Source: Eledone cirrhosa
Taxonomy: Eukaryota
DNA: 64,000 bases
Reading direction: 5' to 3'
Assembly: GCA_964016885.1 (NCBI GenBank)
Contig: OZ024742.1
Location: forward strand, 168,888,001-168,952,000
Below, in pieces: positions 56,001 to 64,000 of this stretch. Under the pieces are notes generated by a model. It did not search any database and was not told where the DNA came from. It saw only the letters and a program-made list of their open reading frames with translations. The position numbers and the translations under genes were made by a program. The first letter of the stretch is position 1. Each line of letters begins with the position of its first letter.

Positions 56001-59000
56001 CTAGAAATTACCTCTCCTTGGACGGCTGGAAAATATTTCTCCTTGGACGGCTGGATATTATCTACCCTTGGACGGGTGGAAATTATCTCCCCTTGGACGG
56101 CTGGAAATTATCTCCCCTTGGACGGCTAGATATTACCTCCCCTTGGACGGCTGGAAATTATCTCCCCTTGATTTTTTTTACAAATTATCTCCCCCTGATT
56201 TTTTTTTTACAAATTATCTCCCCCTGATTTTTTTACAAATTATCTCCCCCTGATTTTTTTTACAAATTATCTCCGCCTGATTTTTTTAAATATTATCTTC
56301 CCTTGGCTGGCGGGAAATTATCTCCCCTTGGACGGCTGAAAATTATCTCCCCTTGGACGGCTGGAAATTATCTCCCCTTGATTTTTTTTACAAATTATCT
56401 CCCCCTGATTATTTTTTACAAATTATCTTTCCCTGATTTTTTTTTACAAATTATCTCCCCCTGATTTTTTTTACAAATTATCTCCCCCTGATTTTTTTAC
56501 AAATTATCTCCCCTTGGCTGGCTGGAAATTATCTCCCCTTGGTGGCTGGAATTTATCTCCCCTTGGACGGCTGGAAATTATCTCTCCTTGGACGGCTAGT
56601 AATTACCTCTCCTTGGACGGCTGGAAAATATGTCTCGTTGGAGGGCTGGAAATTATCTCCCCTTGGACGGCTGGAAATTATCTCCCCTTGGACGGCTGGA
56701 AATTATCTCTCCTTGGACGGCTAGAAATTACCTCTCCTTGGACGGCTGAAAATTATCTCTCCTTGGACGGCTGGAAATTATCTCCCCTTGGACGGCTAGA
56801 TATTACCTCCCCTTGGACGGCTGGAAATTATCTCCCCTTGATTTTTTTTACAAATTATCTCCCCCTGATTTTTTTTACAAATTATCTACACCTGATTTTT
56901 TTACAAATTATCTCCCCCTGATTTTTTTTACAAATTATCTCCGCCTAATTTTTTTAAATATTATCTTCCCTTGGCTGGCGGGAAATTATCTCCCCTTGGA
57001 CGGCTGAAAATTATCTCCCCTTGGACGGCTGGAAATTATCTCCCCTTGATTTTTTTTACAAATTATCTCCCCCTGATTTTTTTTTACAAATTATCTCCCC
57101 CTGATTTTTTTTTACAAATTATCTCCCCCTGATTTTTTTTTACAAATTATCTCCCCCTGATTTTTTTTACAAATTATCTCCCCCTGATATTTTTTACAAA
57201 TTATCTCCCCCTGATTTTTTTACAAATTATCTCCCCTTGGCTGGCTGGAAATTATCTCCCCTTGGAGGCTGGAATTTATCTCCCCTTGGACGGCTAGAAA
57301 TTACCTCGCCTTGGACGGCTGGAAAATATGTCTCCTTGGACGGCTGGAAATTATCTCCCCTTGGACGGCTGGAAATTATCTCCCCTTGGACGGCTGGATA
57401 TTATCTACCCTTGGACGGCTAGATATTACCTCCCCTTTGACGGCTGGAAATTATCTCCCCTTGATTTTTTTTACAAATTATCTCCCCCTGATTTTTTTTT
57501 ACAAATTATCTCCCCCTGATTTTTTTTTACAAATTATCTACCCCTGATTTTTTTTTACAAATTATCTCCCCCTGATTTTTTTTACAAATTATCTCTCCCT
57601 GATTTTTTTTTACAAATTATCTCCCCCTGATTTTTTTTTGCAAACTATCTACCCCTGATTTTTTTTTACAAATTATCTCCCCCTGATTTTTTTTACAAAT
57701 TATCTCCCCCTGATTTTTTTACAAATTATCTCCCCCCGATTTTTTTTACAAATTATCTCCGCCTAATTTTTTTAAATATTATCTTCCCTTGGCTGGCGGG
57801 AAATTATCTCCCCTTGGACGGCTGAAAATTATCTCCCCTTGGACGGCTGGAAATTATCTCCCCTTGATTTTTTTACAAATTATCTCCCCCTGATTATTTT
57901 TTACAAATTATCTCCCCCTGATTTTTTTTTACAAATTATCTCCCTCTGATTTTTTTACAAATTATCTCCCCTTGGCTGGCTGGAAATTATCTCCCCTTGG
58001 AGGCTGGAATTTATCTCCCCTTGGACGGTTAGAAATTACCTCTCCTTGGACTGCTGGAAAATATGTCTCCTTGGACGGCTGGAAATTATCTCCCCTTGGA
58101 CGGCTGGAAATTATCTCCCCTTGGACGGCTGGAAATTATCTCTCCTCGGACGACTAGAAATTACCTCTCCTTGGACAGCTGAAAATTATCTCCCCTTGGA
58201 CGGCTGGAAATTATCTCCCCTTGATTTTTTTTACAAATTATCTCCCCCTGATTTTTTTTTACAAATTATCTCCCCCTGATTTTTTTTTACAAATTATCTC
58301 CCCCTGATTTTTTTTACAAATTATCTCCCCCTGATATTTTTTACAAATTATCTCCCCCTGATTTTTTTACAAATTATCTCCCCTTGGCTGGCTGGAAATT
58401 ATCTCCCCTTGGAGGCTGGAATTTATCTCCCCTTGGACGGCTAGAAATTACCTCGCCTTGGACGGCTGGAAAATATGTCTCCTTGGACGGCTGGAAATTA
58501 TCTCCCCTTGGACGGCTGGAAATTATCTCCCCTTGGACGGCTAGATATTACCTCCCCTTGGACGGCTGGAAATTATCTCCCCTTGATTTTTTTTACAAAT
58601 TATCTCCCCCTGATTTTTTTTTACAAATTATCTCCCCCTGATTTTTTTTTACAAATTATCTACCCCTGATTTTTTTTTACAAATTATCTCCCCCTGATTT
58701 TTTTTACAAATTATCTCTCCCTGATTTTTTTTTACAAATTATCTCCCCCTGATTTTTTTTTACAAATTATCTACCCCTGATTTTTTTTTACAAATTATCT
58801 CCCCCTGATTTTTTTTACAAATTATCTCCCCCTGATTTTTTTTACAAATTATCTCCCCCTGATTTTTTTACAAATTATCTCCCCCCGATTTTTTTTACAA
58901 ATTATCTCCGCCTAATTTTTTTAAATATTATCTTCCCTTGGCTGGCGGGAAATTATCTCCCCTTGGACGGCTGAAAATTATCTCCCCTTGGACGGCTGGA

Positions 59001-62000
59001 AATTATCTCCCCTTGATTTTTTTACAAATTATCTCCCCCTGATTATTTTTTACAAATTATCTCCCCCTGATTTTTTTTTACAAATTATCTCCCTCTGATT
59101 TTTTTTACAAATTATCTCCCCTTGGCTGGCTGGAAATTATCTCCCCTTGGAGGCTGGAATTTATCTCCCCTTGGACGGTTAGAAATTACCTCTCCTTGGA
59201 CTGCTGGAAAATATGTCTCCTTGGACGGCTGGAAATTATCTCCCCTGGGACGGCTGGAAATTATCTCCCCTTGGACGGCTGGAAATTATCTCTCCTCGGA
59301 CGACTAGAAATTACCTCTCCTTGGACAGCTGAAAATTATCTCCCCTTGGACGGCTGGAAATTATCTCCCCTTGATTTTTTTTACAAATTATCTCCCCCTG
59401 ATTTTTTTTTACAAATTATCTCCCCCTGATTTTATTTTACAAATTATCTCCCCCTGATTTTTTTTACAAATTATCTCCCCCTGATATTTTTTACAAATTA
59501 TCTCCCCCTGATTTTTTTACAAATTATCTCCCCTTGGCTGGCTGGAAATTATCTCCCCTTGGAGGCTGGAATTTATCTCCCCTTGGACGGCTAGAAATTA
59601 CCTCGCCTTGGACGGCTGGAAAATATGTCTCCTTGGACGGCTGGAAATTATCTCCCCTTGGACGGCTGGAAATTATCTCCCCTTGGACGGCTAGATATTA
59701 CCTCCCCTTGGACGGCTGGAAATTATCTCCCCTTGATTTTTTTTACAAATTATCTCCCCCTGATTTTTTTTTACAAATTATCTCCCTGATTTTTTTTTAC
59801 GAATTATCTCCCCCTGATTTTTTTTTACAAATTATCTCCGCCTGATTTTTTTTTAAAAATTATCTCCCCTTGAACGGCTGGAAATTATCTCCCCTTGGAC
59901 GGCTGGAAATTATCTCCCCTTGGACGGCTAGAAATTACCTCTCCTTGGACGGCTGAAAATTATCTCCCCTTGGACGGCTGCAAATTATCTCCCCTTGATT
60001 TTTTAACAAATTATCTCCCCCTGATTTTTTTTTACAAATTATCTCCCCCTGATTTTTTTTTACAAATTATCTACGCCTAAGTTTTTTTACAAATTATCTC
60101 CCCCTGATTTTTTTTTACAAATTATTTCCCCCTGATTTTTTTACAAATTATCTCCCCCCTGATTTTTTTTACAATCTCCGCCTGATTTTTTAAAAAATTA
60201 TCTTCCCTTGGCTGGCGAGAAATTATCTCCCCTTGGACGGCTGGAAATTATATCCCCTTGGACGGCTGGAAATTACCTCCCCTTGGACAGCTGGAAATTA
60301 TCTGCCCTTGATTTTGTTTTTACAAATTATCTCCCCCTGATTTTTTTACAAATTATCTCCACCTGATTTTTTAAAAAATTATCTCCCCTTGGACGGCTGG
60401 AAATTATCTCCCCTTGATTTTTTTACAAATTATCTCCCCCTGATTTTTTTTACAAATTATCTACCCCTGATTTTTTTTTTACAAATTATCTCCCCCTGAT
60501 TTTTTTACAAATTATCTCCCCCTGATTTTTTTTACAAATTATCTCCGCCTGATTTTTTTAAATATTATCTTCCCTTGGCTGGCGGGAAATTATCTCCCCT
60601 TGGACGGCTGAAAATTATCTCCCCTTGGACGGCTGGAAATTATCTCCCCTTGATTTTTTTTACAAATTATCTCCCCCTGATTTTTTTTTACAAATTATCT
60701 CCCCCTGATTTTTTTTTACAAATTATCTGCCCCTGATTTTTTTTACAAATTATCTCCCCCTGATTTTTTTACAAATTATCTCCCCTTGGCTGGCTGGAAA
60801 TTATCTCCCCTTGGAGGCTGGAATTTTATCTCCCCTTGGACGGCTAGAAATTACCTCTCCTTGGACGGCTGGAAAATATTTCTCCTTGGACGGCTGGATA
60901 TTATCTACCCTTGGACGGGTGGAAATTATCTCCCCTTGGACGGCTGGAAATTATCTCCCCTTGGACGGCTAGATATTACCTCCCCTTGGACGGCTGGAAA
61001 TTATCTCCCCTTGATTTTTTTTACAAATTATCTCCCCCTGATTTTTTTTTTACAAATTATCTCCCCCTGATTTTTTTACAAATTATCTCCCCCTGATTTT
61101 TTTTACAAATTATCTCCGCCTGATTTTTTTAAATATTATCTTCCCTTGGCTGGCGGGAAATTATCTCCCCTTGGACGGCTGAAAATTATCTCCCCTTGGA
61201 CGGCTGGAAATTATCTCCCCTTGATTTTTTTTACAAATTATCTCCCCCTGATTATTTTTTACAAATTATCTTTCCCTGATTTTTTTTTACAAATTATCTC
61301 CCCCTGATTTTTTTTACAAATTATCTCCCCCTGATTTTTTTACAAATTATCTCCCCTTGGCTGGCTGGAAATTATCTCCCCTTGGTGGCTGGAATTTATC
61401 TCCCCTTGGACGGCTGGAAATTATCTCTCCTTGGACGGCTAGTAATTACCTCTCCTTGGACGGCTGGAAAATATGTCTCGTTGGAGGGCTGGAAATTATC
61501 TCCCCTTGGACGGCTGGAAATTATCTCCCCTTGGACGGCTGGAAATTATCTCTCCTTGGACGGCTAGAAATTACCTCTCCTTGGACGGTTGAAAATTATC
61601 TCTCCTTGGACGGCTGGAAATTATCTACCCTTGGACGGCTAGATATTACCTCCCCTTGGACGGCTGGAAATTATCTCCCCTTGATTTTTTTTACAAATTA
61701 TCTCCCCCTGATTTTTTTTACAAATTATCTACACCTGATTTTTTTACAAATTATCTCCCCCTGATTTTTTTTACAAATTATCTCCGCCTAATTTTTTTAA
61801 ATATTATCTTCCCTTGGCTGGCGGGAAATTATCTCCCCTTGGACGGCTGAAAATTATCTCCCCTTGGACGGCTGGAAATTATCTCCCCTTGATTTTTTTT
61901 ACAAATTATCTCCCCCTGATTTTTTTTTACAAATTATATCCCCCTGATTTTTTTTTACAAATTATCTCCCCCTGATTTTTTTTTACAAATTATCTCCCCC

Positions 62001-63712
62001 TGATTTTTTTTACAAATTATCTCCCCTTGGCTGGCTGGAAATTATCTCCCCTTGGAGGCTGGAATTTATCTCCCCTTGGACGGCTAGAAATTACCTCTCC
62101 TTGGACGGCTGGAAAATATGTCCTTGGACGGCTGGATATTATCTACCCTTGGACGGCTGGAAATTATCTCCCCTTGGACGGCTGGAAATTATCTCCCCTT
62201 GGACGGCTAGATATTATCTCCCCTTGGACGGCTGGAAATTATCTCCCCTTGATTTTTTTTACAAATTATCTCCCCCTGATTTTTTTTACAAATCTAATGA
62301 TTTTTAAAAAAAAATTATCTCCCCTTCGCTGGCTGGAAATTATCTCCCCTTGGACGCTGGAAATTATAGCCCCTTGGAGGGCTGGAAATTATCTTCCCTT
62401 GGACGGCTGGAAATTATCTCCCCTTGGCTCGAAATTATCTCCCCTTGGACGGCTAGAAATTATCTCTCTTTGGACGGCTGGAAATTATCTCCCTTTGATT
62501 TTTTTTACAAATTATCTGCCCCTGATTTTTTTTACAAATCTCCCCCTGATTTTTAAAAAAAAATTATCTCCCCTTCGCTGGCTGGAAATTATCTCCCCTT
62601 GGACACTGGAAATTATAGCCTCTTGGAGGGCTGGAAATTATCTTCCCTTGGACGGCTGGAAATTATCTCTGCTTGATTTTTTTTACAAATTATCTCCCCC
62701 TGATTTTTTTTTACAAATTATCCCCCCCGATTTTTTTACAAATTATCTCCCCCTGATTTTTTTTACAAATTATCTCCCCTTGGACGGCTGGAAATTATCT
62801 CCCCTTGGACGGCTGGAAATTATCTCCCCTTGGACGGCTAGAAGTTACCTCTCCTTGGACGACTGAAAATTATCTCCCCTTGGACGGCTGCAAATTATCT
62901 CCCCTTGATTTTTTTTACAAATTATCTCCGCCTGATTTTTTTTTTAAAATTATCTCCCCTTGGACGGCTGGAAATTACCTCCCCTTGGACGGCTGGAAAT
63001 TATCTCCCCTTGATTTTTTTTACAAATTATCTCCCCCTGATTTTTTTTTACAAATTATCTCCCCCTGATTTTTTTTTTACAAATTATCTCCGCCTGATTT
63101 TTTTTTAAATTATCTCTCCTTGGACGGCTGGATATTATCTCCCCTTTCATTTTTTTTACAAATTATCTCCCCCTGATTTTTTTTTACAAATTATCTCCCC
63201 CTGATTTCTTTTTACAAATTATCTCCCCCTGATTTTTTTTTACAAATTATCTCCCCCTGATTTTTTTTTACAAATTATCTACCCCTGATTTTTTTTACAA
63301 ATTATCTCCCCCTGATTTTTTTTACAAATTATCTCTCCCTGATTTTTTTTTACAAATTATCTCCCCCTGATTTTTTTTTACAAATTATCTACCCCTGATT
63401 TTTTTTTACAAATTATCTCCCCCTGATTTTTTTTACAAATTATCTCCCCCTGATTTTTTTACAAATTATCTCCCCCCGATTTTTTTTACAAATTATCTCC
63501 GCCTAATTTTTTTAAATATTATCTTCCCTTGGCTGGCGGGAAATTATCTCCCCTTGGACGGCTGAAAATTATCTCCCCTTGGACGGCTGGAAATTATCTC
63601 CCCTTGATTTTTTTACAAATTATCTCCCCCTGATTATTTTTTACAAATTATCTCCCCCTGATTTTTTTTTACAAATTATCTCCCTCTGATTTTTTTTACA
63701 AATTATCTCCCC
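53021..63712. repeat. HOR copy 5, 10,692 bp (most regular): (a b a' b' c d e) f' (a b a b' c d' e) g h
   Basis: Module starts at 53021, 53433, 54171, 54583, 55944, 56514, 57237, 57972, 58384, 59122, 59534, 60786, 61357 and 62027. Confidence 0.88.
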
Positions 63713-64000
63713 TTGGCTGGCTGGAAATTATCTCCCCTTGGAGGCTGGAATTTATCTCCCCTTGGACGGTTAGAAATTACCTCTCCTTGGACTGCTGGAA
63801 AATATGTCTCCTTGGACGGCTGGAAATTATCTCCCCTTGGACGGCTGGAAATTATCTCCCCTTGGACGGCTGGAAATTATCTCTCCTCGGACGACTAGAA
63901 ATTACCTCTCCTTGGACAGCTGAAAATTATCTCCCCTTGGACGGCTGGAAATTATCTCCCCTTGATTTTTTTTACAAATTATCTCCCCCTGATTTTTTTT
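63713..64000. repeat. Start of the next HOR copy (module a), truncated by the window end
   Basis: The a-type variants GGTTAGA, GACTGCTGG and CTCGGACGACTAG are present. Confidence 0.9.

Larger units (their letters stand above)
1..64000. repeat. Composite two-monomer satellite array (A 25 bp / B 26-29 bp, shared core AAATTATCTCCCC), head-to-tail, extending beyond both window ends
   Basis: The core AAATTATCTCCCC or a close variant recurs every ~21-29 bp from the first to the last line. It is followed by either TTGGACGGCTGG (A) or CTGA(T)7-10AC (B). I saw no inversion and no non-repeat insertion. Confidence 0.99.

Noticed and set aside
62027-62866. Longest ORFs (279 aa here; 271 aa at 35162)
   Set aside because: They arise from a chance 25-bp monomer loss joining frames. 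Orthologous g copies give 184 or 93 aa, and there is no domain-like sequence.
801-63898. About 190 short plus-strand ORFs (60-279 aa) with repeats such as LEIISPWTAGNYLPLDGWKLSPLGR
   Set aside because: Monomer A has no stop codon in any plus frame, and 25 bp is not a multiple of 3, so the same peptide appears in all three frames. Most starts are TTG from CCTTGG. Frames are broken by T-tract length changes, and ORF ends vary between copies. This is a repeat artefact.
1-64000. Complete absence of minus-strand ORFs as a sign of coding-strand selection
   Set aside because: The minus-strand core (AGATAATTT) contains TAA, which cycles through all frames within a few monomers.
1-64000. CRISPR-like constant repeat plus spacer layout
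   Set aside because: The 'spacers' are only 9-14 bp and of two recurring types rather than unique. There is no leader and no cas gene.
1-64000. Telomerase-type telomeric repeat or plasmid iteron array
   Set aside because: Multi-kb HOR structure with inherited SNVs indicates recombinational amplification rather than templated addition. There is no rep gene, and the scale far exceeds iteron arrays.
1-64000. Purely artefactual or synthetic sequence
   Set aside because: Hierarchically shared and private variants form a coherent duplication history. Local misassembly of individual junctions still cannot be excluded without reads.

Overview
The whole 64 kb window is one uninterrupted, single-orientation tandem repeat array (satellite DNA) of roughly 2,400-2,500 short monomers. 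I see no unique sequence, credible gene, RNA gene or transposase. Two monomer types share a 13-bp core, AAATTATCTCCCC. Type A is 25 bp (AAATTATCTCCCC-TTGGACGGCTGG, 52% GC). Type B is 26-29 bp (AAATTATCTCCCC-CTGA-T7..10-AC, about 30% GC). A-runs and B-runs alternate to form roughly 0.4-1.1 kb modules, recognisable by position-specific variants (labelled a-h here). These modules form a variable higher-order repeat (HOR) of 7.1-12.6 kb, whose most regular copy reads (a b a b c d e) f (a b a b c d e) g h. Every HOR copy in the window has a different module string, produced by in-register duplications and deletions, including a very recent ~11.2 kb tandem duplication. All listed ORFs are artefacts of the stop-free 25-bp A monomer. 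The array is most consistent with eukaryotic heterochromatic, possibly (peri)centromeric or subtelomeric, satellite. Organism and function cannot be determined from this window alone.
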